Origin: Psammoneis japonica
Lineage: Eukaryota
DNA: 64,000 nt
Assembly: GCA_008632985.1 (NCBI GenBank)
Contig: QPGO01000041.1
Span: forward strand, 372,001 to 436,000
Direction of reading: 5' to 3'
This document shows, piece after piece, positions 36,427-50,043 of this stretch. The position numbers and the translations under genes are program-made. The notes below the pieces were generated by a model. The model saw only the letters and a program-made list of their open reading frames with translations. It searched no databases and was not told where the DNA came from. The first letter of the stretch is position 1. Every line of letters starts with the position of its first letter.

Positions 36427-37574
36427 TGTACCGTCTTTGCGATGGCCTTACTGCTTGAGGGTCTACTAGTTTCCATACTTTTTCGCACACACGCTTTATC
36501 ACACTGGCGCGCTTGTGTACGAACCGAAGCGAAGTGCAATACCACGTTGAGTCTATCGCATTACCAGGTATCGCTTTCCAGATAACGTACGGTACCTATG
36601 TTGTAGTCCGTAAGATATTAGAAGACCGTTGTGTCTATCAAAGTAGATACAGTATTTCAAATTCACTAGTAGAACCGAAAATCGGAAAGAGAGAGAGTGA
36701 TTTTGACTGCGGCGACAATAATTCATGGACAGAGAACAAGATTGTATGCATACCTTGAATCCCCGCCCCGAGTGGCTACGGAACGTTCTTTCTTGATGTA
36801 GGCGGGAACAGAATGATGCGTTGTATTTTAGCGAGAGAACCATCGTCAAATGTAGAACTGATCAAGGCTTTGCCCTCTTATTGTTGCAGTCAATCTGATC
36901 TGTATGGCATGCTATTTGAATGTCAGCTCAGAATTCTCCGCCTTGAATGCTCAACCTTTCCTTGTTACGATATTTTGGATCGATTTCCAATCAAAACATG
37001 GCGCATCTGCAAGCCTCGCAGGCAATCTTCCAACTCGATTAACCTTCTGCGATCACGCCCTCCAGAGTGTACACAGTGCCAGGCGCCATGATGTGAGATC
37101 GCTGATCGTCGCGGTTTTTGCTCACATTATTTCATTCGCATTGAACCCACCCGCCTACCGGTATCTTATCTATCTCATCCCTCATTTTTTCGTCTGGCCG
37201 TCCCGTCAATGCGCGATGTTTTGTGTCATCATTATTCATCACGCGCACTCCACACGCTCACAATCATGATGACATGTGAATGCATTCCGCAAAAGAGCGT
37301 CAAATGCGCCATGCACTACCCATAATTCACTTTGACATATCACTGTAATGATTCGCGTTGACCAAAGCAGTAGTGGCTTTTCAAACGCCATTTCGTTGCT
37401 TGCGGCGGCGGCACTGATGAGTTGATGAGTGAGCGAGCCTGCGCGAAGATTGTGCGCGCGGATGTGGCTTGAGACTCGTGAATGAATCGATCGTTGAGAG
37501 TCACGAGCTTCCTGGATGGCGCGGCGCGGCGATCCATCACTTTTTTTTTTGCAGCAACGATCGGCGCGACGACA

Positions 37575-39531
37575 ATGACGACGACTCCTCCAACCGCAAA
37601 CACTGCGACTCAACTCCTTTCTGCGTTGGATGAGCTCCGTAATCCGACGAGCCTCAAGAATACGCAAGTGCGGCGAAGGAAATATGCAAAGCGATCGTCA
37701 GCGGTAGCATTCCGGAGACTCTTGTCGATGCCGGGTTAGTCGAAGCAGTCGTCAATGCCATGAAGCGGGATGGATATGCTCCACGCTTTTATGTTAGACT
37801 CTGTTGGATCCTTTCTGACTGTATGGATGGTGGGGAGGGATCCACGTACGTCGACCAAGCTTTAGAAAACGGTGCTCTCCAAGCAGTCATTGATCTCATG
37901 GAAAGGTTTTCCACGAGCGAGGACATGCAGGCTGCTGCTTTGGGTCTTTTCAATATTTTTAGCGAGAAAAGCACAATCCAAACGAAGAAAGATATTGTGA
38001 CTACCATTGTCGAAAATACAATCAAGGTCATGGAAAATTACAAAGATTCGCCCGCCATCTTTTCCGTGGCATGCGACGTGATGCACACCGCGTTCGAAGC
38101 ACGTGGCTACGGTATGGAAGACGAAAAGCTCGTTGAGAAGTTTGAGGGCCTTATTTCGTACGGAATGTCGAAATATTCAAGTGACGCGATTATACAGGAA
38201 AGCGGTGGATTCTTGCTTTTGTGTTTGACAGCCCTACCACACCTCGTTTCTCAGATAGAAAAGATCCGGTCTCCGTCTTGCGATGAAAGCGAAATGCAGA
38301 CAGCGCTCGAAGAGATCATGGACGCAGTTTCGGCGGGGTTGTCACAGCCTCTTGTCAACGCTGGAGTGATTGAGACTGTTGTTGGTGCCATGAAAAAGGA
38401 AGGACACACTTCTGAAGCCTACCAGCTACTTTGCGGAGTACTTGCAAGGTTAATGAGCCGCGACAACGGCAAGGCGTACGCTAAACAGATTCTCGATGAG
38501 GGAGGTCTTGAAGGCATGTTTTGCATCGCGGATCGCTTGGCAACGGACGAGATGGTCCAGCGAGCCATGATGGGGCTTTTTCTTTGTTGTCTGAAACGTG
38601 TCGATACATCACGAGGCCAAGAAATCGCACCTGCCATGATCCCCATAGCCGCTACTTTTCACGTCGCATAACTGGATCCTCCGCCGACGATACCAAGCTC
38701 TTTGACGAGTGTGTCAACTGCATCTTGTGCGTTGTTTCGCAGCGCTGCCGTGAAGAAGGTGCCGCGGAAATGGGTAGACTTCTTCTCGAGGGCTTGGTAG
38801 GCTCGGATGTTGCCAAAGATATGATTTCGGATATCATACAAGGACACCTCCTTTCTCAATTGGGTGTACTACGCAATCCATCACGTGATGCGGTAGAGGC
38901 GCTAAAGGCAGCCAAAGTCCTTTCCAGCGCTGTCTCTGAGAAGAACGAGAAGTTTACTTTAGCCCTTGTTGACGCTGGCTTATTCGATACAATCATCAGC
39001 GCCATTAATGAGTCAAGGCTGACGCCAGGGTTCCTTTGCGCTCTCTGTTCCATTTTGGTTGCTTGTATGTATCAGAGTGAGGCGCGAGAAAAGTATACCG
39101 ACGAAATCCTGCAAAAGGGTGGCCTTGAAAGCACCGTTGCCTTGATGCGTTTGTTTCCCAGCAGCGAGCGAGTTCAGATTGCTGCTATTGAGATGCTCTA
39201 TTGTTTTGCCAGCAAGAAGCACGCTGACATTGCGCCCACCATTCTCGAGCATACGGTAAATGCAACGGAATCCGTCAAGGACTCGGCACACCTTTACTCA
39301 ACGGCGTGCCTTGTGCTTGAGAATGCATTGAAATCGATTGGATGGTGCGTCGAAGACGAGGAGCTTTTTCACAGAGTCGTAAAGTGTGTTTGGGACGGAG
39401 TGTCAAGGCATCCTCATGACGAGGAAGCGCAGGAGACGGGTCGAGCGATGCTTCATTGCCTTGTTGATGGAGAGACGGCCGGTGAAATGATTGCCAAATC
39501 TGAACGACTTCAACGTGCCAATGCGGCCTAA
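37575..39531 (+). CDS. Armadillo-like repeat protein, tandem paralog of 35077-36426
   Basis: Same repeat unit about three times (LVDAGL.., GGLE.., T.K.ME.YKDS). Frameshifts near 37680 and 38650. Confidence 0.7.
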
Positions 39532-40216
39532 AGCAGTGCTGCTTGAAAACGCTTCTTGTCATGCACTTCACTGAAGAGATTACTTGGCGTGGGACGACGG
39601 GACTATCCTTTTATTTGTACAGCTCTAGTTTGCTCGAAACGCCGTGTTTGAGAGTCGTAACTGGCGGTCCCACTTCCCAGGACGACAGTCGCAATCGAGC
39701 TATAGAAGGAGCGGGTTGTTCTGCCCACAATGAGTCGTGAATACTAGTATATTCAGTCTACATAGTATTTTTCTGAACGGTACTATTCTCTCTAGCTAGA
39801 GGAGTTCCGTATGAATATGTCATAGCTTCCACTATCCATCCAATAGAGTACGGTAGGAGCGAAGGTAGCTGCAAACTAGCCGAGTCAACCAGATATGCCG
39901 TAAGCCAGCCTAGAGCTAGCATGTAGCATTCTCGTCTGAGAGATGGAGTTGCGGCTGGAGGGCTGCAAGTCAAAAGAACGCAACAAACCAGAGACCGATG
40001 CTAATAGTAGCTACTCTCTAGTAGCACTGACGACCGATGATATGATTCGACAAAACTGCCCATTTGGACGCTTTCATTTTCGACTTTTATAAAAAATATT
40101 CATGCCCGAATAAAATTAGATATACAACAAATTCAAAAATTTCGAAAACTGCCCATTTGGACTGTTTTTTGCGTTTGCATTCATCCTCGATTTTTATCTT
40201 TTTGTGCGAAGACGCA

Positions 40217-41832
40217 ATGACGCCGACAGTTCGTCCTCGTTGCTGCGCTGCCATGCTCTTGTTTCAACTACTGTTGTTTTTCGTGGCTGTTGCTGCTTCA
40301 GAAGATGTTCCTGAAGGAAATGGCATTGATGGGTGCCTCAAAGGTGACGACACGGACGAGTGTACCGCTTTCCAGCAAGAAGACGACGACGAGATTCTTC
40401 AAGGAGATGAAGGGACAGAAATATCGGAGGAAGTGTTGTGGGATGATTATGACCCAGAGCAATGCCAGCGACTGGCTGACAAGGGGAGATGCAACGAAGA
40501 TCCATCATTAATGTTGCATCACTGTAGCCGAACGTGCTTGCTGCATACAGAAGATCTCTTAGCATACGGATACTACAAACGAAACATCAGCGACGAAGTG
40601 AAAGAAGAATGTGAAGATACATATTGGTCCGAGCTTGGCGATACATGCGAGGAAGATGCCGCCGATAGCGAAAGGAAACCATGCATTTATGATCCCGAAA
40701 GCATGGCAGAGTGTGCGAAAACTTGCATGTACTGCATGCCCACGGGCTTTGAGCAAGTTGAATTTGACATTGGTGTGCCCCAAGTACTCGGAGAGGATGA
40801 TACCTTGATTGATGCTACCATTTCAGTACTGGACGAAACACTTCGTTACATGTCAGAACAAGTCATGAGGGACGACAAATATTCTCTTGTGCGCAGAGCT
40901 TGTCGTAATGAATATGAGCTCTGTTCCTATTGGGCAGCTCAGGGCTTTTGTTCAAACGAAGAAGATAGGTACGATGAACTTGAAATGCTAGTGACATGTG
41001 GACCGGCCTGTCAATCATGCGAGATGCAAGATTTGCGTGTCCAATGCCCAATACCCGAGGACGCCGTGAATATATTGAAAGAGGGTGACTTGAATCGTTT
41101 GTTCGAACGTATTGTCGAGACGAGCGCAGACAAGAACAACAGTTATGAAGTAACGGTTCATTCGCGACCTGATCCGCATCCTTCCACTAGCAATGATACA
41201 ATTATTGGTGGGCCTTGGGTTGTTAGCATTAGAAATTTTCTCACGGATGAAGAATGTGATCACTTGATTGAGATGGGTCGTCAAAGGGGATACGAGCAGT
41301 CTAGGTTACAGGCAGAGAAGGCTGAAGATCCAGAAGATTATGACCCGGAAAACCTTGCGTATCGAACATCCACCAACACGTGGTGTGAGGACGAATGCTA
41401 CACACACCCCGTTCTCGTCGTGTTATACAAAAAATTGTGGACCTCACAGGAGTGCCCGATTCTCACTCAGAGTACTTGCAGTTACTCAAGTACGAGCCGA
41501 ATCAGTTTTATTTGAATCACCACGATGGTACTCACACTGACAAATGGCTGCCTCAGGGGCCCAGGATCATCACGGTGTTTGTGTACTTGAATAACGTGGA
41601 AGAGGGTGGCGAAACGTCCCTTACGAAACTCAAAGAAGGTCAGCCACCCTTGATTGTCCAGCCTGAGCGTGGAAAGGCCTTGATATGGCCCAGCGTTTTG
41701 AACGATAAACCTGATACAATCGACAGTAGGACGTTTCACAGCGCTTTGCAAGTGATAAAGGGCCACAAATACGGCGCAAACTCATGGCTGAGACTACGCG
41801 ACTACAAGAATGCACCGACATGTTTTTATTAA
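40217..41832 (+). CDS. P4H: Prolyl 4-hydroxylase (2OG-Fe(II)) with ShK domains, secreted
   Basis: Signal peptide. ShK-like C..WA..G.C...M...C...C..C. NFLTDEECDHLI, RTSTNTW, HHD, YLNNVEEGGET, H..L.V..G.KY..N.W. Frameshift near 41410. Confidence 0.9.
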
Positions 41833-41899
41833 CCCGTTAGAAAATGAAATACAGTAAAAGAAGAGCTCATGATCGTTGTGCTCTAGAGTCATAACCGAG

Positions 41900-43485
41900 A
41901 ACTACAACTAGACAAACCCGGCTGGTGGTGGTAGTGACAGACGAAAGTAAACAAAAAAGCGATTCGCGATACACCCAAAACCCGAAATCAAGCCTCCGCC
42001 ATGTGTTCCGCTTCTCGTTAACGCGTGCCATTTGACGCCTAGGCCTAAAGCATCCATTCACTCGTCACTGTGCCCACCTTTAATGCTTCTCAAGCTTCAA
42101 AGTTGAGATGACCAAAAGTAAACTGCGGAATGATGACTCAGAGGGAGCGAGCTCGGAAGGGAAACAACAGGACGGTGCCATTCACATGAACTCCTGAATC
42201 CCAGTTCCAACTCTCGCCACGTTTTCATCTTCAATTTTCTTCCAATTCACCAGGCTGGCAACAATGCGTCGATTTGGTGTGCTGTCTTGATCCTTCATAA
42301 TTCGTCAAGCTTGAGGAACTCGGAGGAAAAGAAGGCCTGGGATCACTTGATGAAGATTTGGGTAGACTTGTCGGGGGGCATTGGACTCTCCTTAAACCGA
42401 CCTACAGTACGAATGGAGGAGCACTCGCCTAAAGGAAACATCTAGAGCATGGCTGAAGCGGAAGAGAGCCTCTTCGATTTTTTTGTGCGGTCCGCTATGC
42501 ATTGTGTTCAGTTGTCCGTGGCTCGGTAGGAAGAAGACTTGGCTTTAGTCAGGGGTTACAGAAAGAGCGCAACAAGAAGCGGCGCCTTGGTGACCTTGAT
42601 GGCAACGACAAGAACATGATTGCGACCATGACAGCAATATGGGAGAAAGGATTCTTGGGTATGGAAAGGACCTGTAGCTTTTTGTTTGGTGGCTTGGTGA
42701 CAATCGGCATTCTAGAATATGTTTGTGTCTCTCCCTTGTCGTGGTCCGCGAAACAATTCTAACAATTGTAACCACTCGGAATACACAGATAATCGCCATT
42801 CTGTTTCAATTCGAAGCAACTTTAAAAAGCACTTCATACATTTCTCTTTTTTACGGGACTCTTGTCGAGCGAATACTCTTCTTTTGCGATTCCTGACTGG
42901 TCGTCGCTGATCAAACGAATGGATTTCAACAACTTGTTGCTCTGATGACGTCGGAGATTTGCCTGCGCCGTCGCCACGCTGCGACGCGGTTGTAATCTTT
43001 TGTTTTCTCTGTTTTTGCAATGGCTCGAGTCGACTGCTTGTGCTTTTTGGATGATTATTTGCTCTGACTATTTGTGGTTTGCGCAATTCTTTAACTTTGT
43101 TGCTTCGGGCGTGTTTCGGAGCCCCTTTCTTGACAATACAATCTCCAGTTTTCTGATCCATTCTTATTTGCTCCGAGAAACTCAGACCACTACCAATATT
43201 ATGTTCTCCCAACACTCCAGTGACATATTTTTCATACCACTCTGGATCCTCCTGTTGCACCTTGCGGTGAATATTTCCCAGCAGGGTCGTTTCGGCATTG
43301 TCGTCTTGATCGTTGCTGTAGAAAATCTTGGAGCGATGCCTTTTCTTGTAACAACATTTTCTTATGGAGTGATTATTGTTTGAGGCATATGCAAAGCCAC
43401 ATGTCGTCGCGTGTATGGTGATGGATGAAGCACGGTCTTGCAATGTTAACATGACGAGAGCTACTAGCGAAGGATCGAAATTCAT
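41900..43485 (-). CDS. Hypothetical protein, 3' structure uncertain
   Basis: 257-aa ORF with a signal-like start and EDPEWYEKYV. Further coding-like fragments downstream. Confidence 0.4.
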
Positions 43486-45119
43486 GGCTCAACCTCCAGC
43501 CCGTACGGACGAAACCTGCTTTTACAATTCAACAACAGATTCTCCATGGGAAAGCTAACGACATGTCGTTAGGCCTAGACTTTGGTGATGTGGGATCATG
43601 CAGAGCGTGTATTGTTGAGCATAGCAGAAGTCTATTACAAGTTGTGTAATGTGTGTTGTTGTGTTGGAAGTTGGAAGCGATTATCGGGTAATTTTTGATG
43701 GTTGTGATTGGTGCGATCTTTCGCGCGCACATGCAAACTGAAAACGGCTGCTATGAGACCCAGCAGGCCTTAAGTAACTTGAAAATGGCATGGCAGGCGC
43801 GCTCCGGATGAGGGTACAGACCATCACCGCGGTGACAACACGGAGAAATTGTCAAAAACCCGCCGGAGCCGACGATGACATTGACGCGGTAGATAAGGTG
43901 TCTAAACATTCGTCGTTTCTTGGACCATTACAACAGAAGCTCTATTAGACCCTCATCGATATACCGTTGTAATCATCCATTCGGAGACGTACAGTTTGGC
44001 GAGAAATATTGAAACATACCGTTTCGCTTTGTCGTGACGCCATGTTGCATGCAGACGACGCATCAACTCACCATTTGCCGGATTTTCGGCACCCACTGAG
44101 TTAAAGTCCGAGTTTATTAAAAGACAAGTAAGTTGAAAATCAAAATGGTGTTATCAATGTATCCGAGGCTCACCACTTGTTGTCTCAATCAACTTTCTTG
44201 CGGATGCAGCCAACTCTCACTGTCTTACCTAGCATGAGCACATCGACGAATCCAAAATCGTCGTCACATCGTCAAACCCATTTGATCAATGGTATTGACC
44301 AGGCGATTATTTTTGAAGACTTTGATAAAGCAGCTGTAATGCATTCAGCCAAGTATTCTTGAATGGGAGAGAGTCGGACGGATGAGAGTGAAAATGAAGA
44401 ATGAAGTTGGCGTACGGTTCAAGAAAAAAGCAGTCAAATATGGTTGGCAAAATATTCTGATGCTGTTATTCTATAGAATGATAAATAATAGTGAATAGAG
44501 CTTCTCCCTGGCTTGTATATACTCTAGATTGATCGCAAAGACACAAATGTCAAATCTGAAATAGAAAAGTGCGGCTTGTAAATGAGTATTCGTGGATTGC
44601 TTCACCCATTTATAGCATGAAAGAGGTCAGATATAGTTGTCACGAGGTCAAAGACAAATTAGAAAGTAGAACATTGCCATAAAATCGGTTTGTGATGATG
44701 TTATCATCTAATCTCGGTGTCGAGAACACCTCATCGTACAGCGAGTCACGTGTTTTCAATCCCGTATGACCCACTCGACTCAAAATTTTGGTAGAATTAG
44801 CTAGACTTTGACCCCAGCTAGAGCCACAAATTACACAAGATATGAGCATTATCAGTCTCATACTCTTTAAACAGATACCTTGCGAGAATGTAATAGGTAT
44901 GTATTGTTCGTGGTATCTGGTATTTCAAAACAGAACTAACTTTTCGTGGAGCACCTTTATCACACGGGCAAGTGCGAGAGTCAACATTCAGTGATTGGTT
45001 AGCAACTAACGTTCACCCCCATTCTAGGCCTCCAAAAGTGTGCTGAACTACGTATCTGCATAATGTTAGTCGATCGAGGTGGGTATTTGGTTAAAAACGG
45101 GGGGTTAATTTTTACACGT

Positions 45120-46469
45120 GGCACCACGAAGCTGGGACGGAAAGCTGCGGCACTCGGCACTGGGCATTCCGGCAGGCGAGCTTTCGTGATGTGGCACAGC
45201 AGGGCCCGGCTGCAGCATGATTGACAAGCACACAAACCATCAGCAACCGCAGCAAGTGCTGCAAGCAAGTGCCAAGCAACACGAACCTTGCGAAAACACG
45301 CACAAAGAAATGAACCATGGTGACAACCCCCTGCACTTGTCACGCATGATCACTGTGTCCTCTGTCGGTGCCCAGTGCACACCATTTGTGATGCACAAGA
45401 AGGCGTTTGTCAGCCAACTTGACACCCCGGTTTGCCCCCGCTTCCAATGTTTGAGAGCTTCAAAGGTGAGAAAACAAAGGGCAGATTCCTGGAGGACACA
45501 ATGACTCAGGGGGGACTCAGGAGGAGGGAGGAGAGTGTGGAGAGAGTCGTTCCTTGCTCAGACGATGAAGTTCAGTCTTGCACATTTTGGTTTGAAATTT
45601 GTCAGTGTTCATTGTCACACCAGCTCACACCATGGCTGACAACAACCCTGTCAAAAACACACCCCCAGGGCAGGCACTGGGGCTCCAATGTCACCATGAA
45701 CATCGCCAATGTGGCTGCATGTTGGGGAGATGAGCATTGTTTTGCTCGAGTCATTGCACAAATTTTGCTGTCACCCATCTGACCTGCTGACTCTGCTGCG
45801 AGGCTTCTCACACCCAACCTTGAAGCCCTCAGCATGAGTGCAACAGAATGTGCTCTCTTTGACCTTGGGTTTCTCTTTGGTGCATTTGTGCACAAATTTG
45901 CCACAGACACATCTGTCCTCACTCCTCGAGGTGTGCTGGACTCAAGGTCAAAGAGGCCATTCAGCGAGCAAAGGCTGACAAAAAACTGGCAACAGCCAGG
46001 TGTGAAGATGCTTTGGCTGCATCCAAGGGCTTGCAGAGAAAGCACAGTGACATGCCAGCAACTTTGACAGCAGCAACAAAAACATTTGGAAGGGACATGA
46101 GATGGTGACAACAACAGCAACATGGGATTGAGACTCCTGGGCAATGCTGATGGAGATCTGAAGGCTTTGTTTCATTCGCCCATGACCACCAACAAAGAGT
46201 CAAGACTTGTTGCCTGTGGGCCCCAGCTCTTTCTGAAAAAGGAGTGTGACAACTCTCTTTCTGCAGTTTGCTGATGATTGAAGTGCTGTCACAAATGTCG
46301 TGACCTTGTGAGCACTTTGACTTGCACGCTGTTTAGAAAATCATGAAGCAAGCCAAGAAGGGAAGGTTTTGCTTGATTCAAGAGTTCTGTGGATGACTGA
46401 CTCAATGCACCCATCCCATCCACCCCCTGTTTGGCGCTGCAGAAGGTGATGGCAATTTGATTGTGTGGC

Positions 46470-46517
<48 letters not shown>

Positions 46518-47750
46518 CCATGAAAGGTGTCCAAGATTGTCTTTCATGGAGCACAGCACCACAAATGCCTTTTCTTGCTTTCACAGCATGGATGTCCAAG
46601 CAACACACAATGCTCAACTTCCTCAATGCGGGTCATCAGCAACTCATTCACCATCTTTTCCAGAGACTGTGCTTCTTCTCTGCTGTCATGCTGAGCTCAA
46701 AAGATGACATGCAGTGCACCCACTTTGCACAGCTCTTCCAGCAAGGTGTGGTCACAGTGTTGCATCATGCATGAGCCCCATCCTGGCCAGTGCTGCACAC
46801 CCAAACAAAGTGTGCTTCATGCACAAACCCTGCTGATGTTTGTCCAGGCAGGGAAAAAGCAGGGAGGACAAGGCTGCCTGTGTGGTGGCCATGCACCAAA
46901 CTGAACAAGAGCCAAGTGATCATCTTCATGATGGAAGCCAAGAGTGAGTGGCAACTCTTTGTGCCTCAAGGCAGTGAACACAGATTTCTCCATGTGTGAG
47001 ACCAGGAGCTGCTTGACAAAGCAATCGGCCCAATTTCATGTGCAGCTTGACAACATTTCTTGGGCAAATGCAGAAGTGGGGATGGGTTGCACAAATCATT
47101 CTTGTGCAACCATGATGATCCCACAGTGATGACATGCAGAGAAGCTGCAGCCAATGAATCTCCACAGGCAACACAACAGCATGTGGGCACATTTGATGGC
47201 TTCCACCTTGTCCACATTCATGAACTGGGGTGGAGCATGTGAATCTGTGAGGTGGTCTTCATCAGCATCTACAAACTGAGAAAGAGAGCCTGACAAGGAA
47301 GAAGCCATGCTGGGTGAGCCACCGGCATTGTTCACAGTTTGGCCAAGCCCACCTTTGCCAGGCAGAGGAATGCCACCAGGATGTTGGGGCAAATTCAGCA
47401 GTGAGGGACTGCAAGAATGGACTTTGTCTTCATGTCCTGCAGGAACCCAAATGTCTTTGCCTTTTGAACAAGTCACAGCATCTTCCCATGGACTGCCCCC
47501 CCCTTTGTCCTTGTTGTCCTCACAATCCTTTTCACCTTGAGTCCTGGCAGCACATTTGTCATGTGTGCAATGAAGAGAAGAGTCATGTTTTGTAAGTTGC
47601 TTGCGATTTGTGCCAGTGATGACAGGGGTTTGATGCTCCACTTGCAGAGCCTTCAAGGACAGTTGGTGGCCGTTTCTGTCCCAGGCGCCTTCGGAACCTG
47701 CACGTTGGGAATCTCATCCTTTTCAAAATCATCTTCTGTCAAAGCTGCAG
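45120..47750. other. TpA/CpG-depleted block
   Basis: Almost no TA or CG over about 2.5 kb. Cys/His-rich spurious ORFs. Confidence 0.85.
46473..46515 (+). repeat. (GA)n microsatellite
   Basis: Uninterrupted GA run. Confidence 0.95.
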
Positions 47751-48066
47751 GTGCTTTATCCTCCATTTTGCTGGTTGTTTCTTTTGTTTTTTCGAGATTG
47801 CGTACATCATCGGTTGACACTTTCATTACTTTTTGTGAAATGTTGTAATGAGAAGGCAATCCAGTCGAAGGCTTTGGAATTGAAGAAATGCCATAATGGA
47901 AATCAGATGTTAGTATGGCTTACGAAACAAAAAGATAACTCCCCACACGATGAATCGATCGAAATCCCCCTTGTTTCTGCACAGCACTACATAGAATAGA
48001 CTTTTGATTTTATGATCTTCTTAATCTTTCTATGGTATACCAGGTAATGGCTGACTTCCTCAAACT

Positions 48067-48565
48067 TCAAAAGTGTCGGTCGAATCGTCGCTGGCCGCCC
48101 ATTCCAAATCCGACCACGAGGAAACAATCGTAGCCAACTTCACTCACGTCTGATGTGTAAGCAATGTCATATGCCAGTTCGTTTTCCAACCGCTGGCGTT
48201 GAAAAAGAGTATACAAAACTTGCTCCACCACATCACTGATTCCACCTCGTTTCTTGATTTTCTTGTGAATCGTAAGAGCCACGAGTAGTCCAACAAGGCA
48301 ATACGACGATAGACCAAATCTGTGACGAGGCGAGTGCATACGATTACCCTGACTCTGTTCATCACTTTCGGCAGGAAGGGCTCGACCCGACTTTTCATCA
48401 TCGTTTCTCTTCTACGCTGAAGCAACTTTCGAAAGCACCACTGTGCTTTGCGATTCTTTTGTCATTGTCATTACGATTGAGCCTGTCTGCTGAGGCAAAG
48501 AGTTCTCTGTTGAAGGTTTTCGTGGAACAAGAAAAATCGCATTTGGGAATTGATCCAAGGACGAC
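48067..48565 (-). pseudogene. 5'-truncated, frameshifted copy of the 52843-53547 gene
   Basis: Shares SSLDQFP.AI.LVPRK and EQVLYTL.QR.RLENELAYDIAYTSDVSEVGY, split over several frames. Confidence 0.8.
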
Positions 48566-48664
48566 GCTATGCAGTCTAAGACGTCTCGTCGTTTTATCAA
48601 CGAGAGACGATCTGTTATCGGTGATCATCATCGTCTCTTTGCGTTGTTGCCATGCAGTTTTGCT

Positions 48665-49609
48665 TTAAAGCAGGTCGTTAGCACTTGCTGGTGGTCCCAA
48701 ACGATTGTCAAGATTTTGGATCGCTTTCTGGATGGCCATCGTTGGCGTTGGTGTTCCAGCAAGCCAAGGCAATACTTTGTCTACGACTTCACCATCGAAC
48801 TTCCCTGGAAATCGCTGCAAAATCAGGATAGTTAATCGCTCATCTGTCCAGGTTACGGGTATCCAGGGGACGGGGTCCGGTGGGATAGCCGCAGCGGCTT
48901 CCCATCGACTGGGCCGTGTCAACCCCGGTAGGGGACCAATCTTTTGCCATTTGTTCATGGCACACAAAGCATCGGCGATTTTCTTATTCTGGGTGACGAA
49001 TATCGCAGTGAAACCAAAATGGTTGTTGTAAATCTGTCGGAAAAGTGCCTCAGCAATTTTCATATTAATGCAATCAGGACCTTCGTCGTTAAATTCATCC
49101 AAGATAAGCACAGCATGAGGCCTGTCCAAGGCTGTTGGTGATGGTCTCAACGCCGCGACAAGGCTAGCAACCCAATCCCATCCTGCCTTCTTCGCTCCCA
49201 GAAGCGTGGCGACGTGACTAAAGTAATCATGGTCGACAGCTTGACCAGATATCATCAAAGCGGGTCCGTTGTTCTTTTTCATTACGTTCTCGACGAAAAT
49301 ACGGCATGCAGAGGTCTTCCCAGTGGAGGGTTCTGCGTACAAGACATGCGTCATGCCAGTTGAGTGAGCAGAGTAGCTCTTTTCGAGGATTTCGAGGAGT
49401 GGAGAGCGCACGAAAGGGATGTCTTGCAGCTCAGGTAACACCTTGCGTTGATTCGCCATACGAACGATGGAGTCTTTCAACCCTGCGTCAACCGTTGCTT
49501 TAGAAATTGCGGTAACGCTTTCTTTCAGAGTATTGAGAGCAAAATCCATGGGGCAGACTGCTTTCGTTTGCCGGCTGCGCTGTCGTTTGGTTGTTGTTGT
49601 TGTTGACAA
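48665..49609 (-). CDS. Small intronless AAA+/STAND-like P-loop ATPase
   Basis: Intact 314-aa ORF. Walker A AEPSTGKTS, Walker B LILDEFN, TAIFVTQN. Confidence 0.8.
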   Translation of the reverse strand: MSTTTTTKRQRSRQTKAVCPMDFALNTLKESVTAISKATVDAGLKDSIVRMANQRKVLPELQDIPFVRSPLLEILEKSYSAHSTGMTHVLYAEPSTGKTSACRIFVENVMKKNNGPALMISGQAVDHDYFSHVATLLGAKKAGWDWVASLVAALRPSPTALDRPHAVLILDEFNDEGPDCINMKIAEALFRQIYNNHFGFTAIFVTQNKKIADALCAMNKWQKIGPLPGLTRPSRWEAAAAIPPDPVPWIPVTWTDERLTILILQRFPGKFDGEVVDKVLPWLAGTPTPTMAIQKAIQNLDNRLGPPASANDLL

Positions 49610-49694
49610 CGTATTTGTGACTGTTATATTAGTTATTACAATACACTGGTAAGGTTATGGCGATGCTGATGAGCGAATGTACTTGCGTACCATA

Positions 49695-50015
49695 CTACAA
49701 ATTGCAAAACAATTGCGCGATACACGTGCCCGAAGCTCGAATATCGTTGCCCGAAGCAACATTCTTCCTTCGCGCAGATGTCCTTTCTACATAGCATATG
49801 GTATTGAAAATCTAATTGTAGTCGCATGAGTCGTTGAAGTAATTTCATCAATGACCTCTGTGGTACTGTGCTACGTGATCTACACAAATCGGACATTCTC
49901 GAATGCTGGTATATTATTTTCTACGGTCTCTACGTGCGCGAAGCTCGAATTTCGTGCCCGAAGCAACAATCACCCTTCGGGCACGTGTATCGCGCAATTG
50001 TTCAGCAATTCGTAG
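49695..50015. mobile_element. MITE with ~41-bp TIRs and TA target duplication (Tc1/mariner-type)
   Basis: ctacaaattgcaaaacaattgcgcgatacacgtgcccgaag (49695-49735) matches the reverse complement of 49975-50015 with 3 mismatches. TA on both sides. Internal direct repeat gaagctcgaat.tcgt.gcccgaagcaaca. Confidence 0.85.
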
Positions 50016-50043
50016 TACCGCCCGTAGTCTCTACAGAGTAGGT

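Noticed and set aside
40052..40161. 18-bp direct repeat aaaactgcccatttggac upstream of P4H
   Set aside because: Real, but two copies only and no evidence of function.
43750..45000. AT-rich stretch as a possible gene or element
   Set aside because: No convincing ORF, termini or repeat found by eye.
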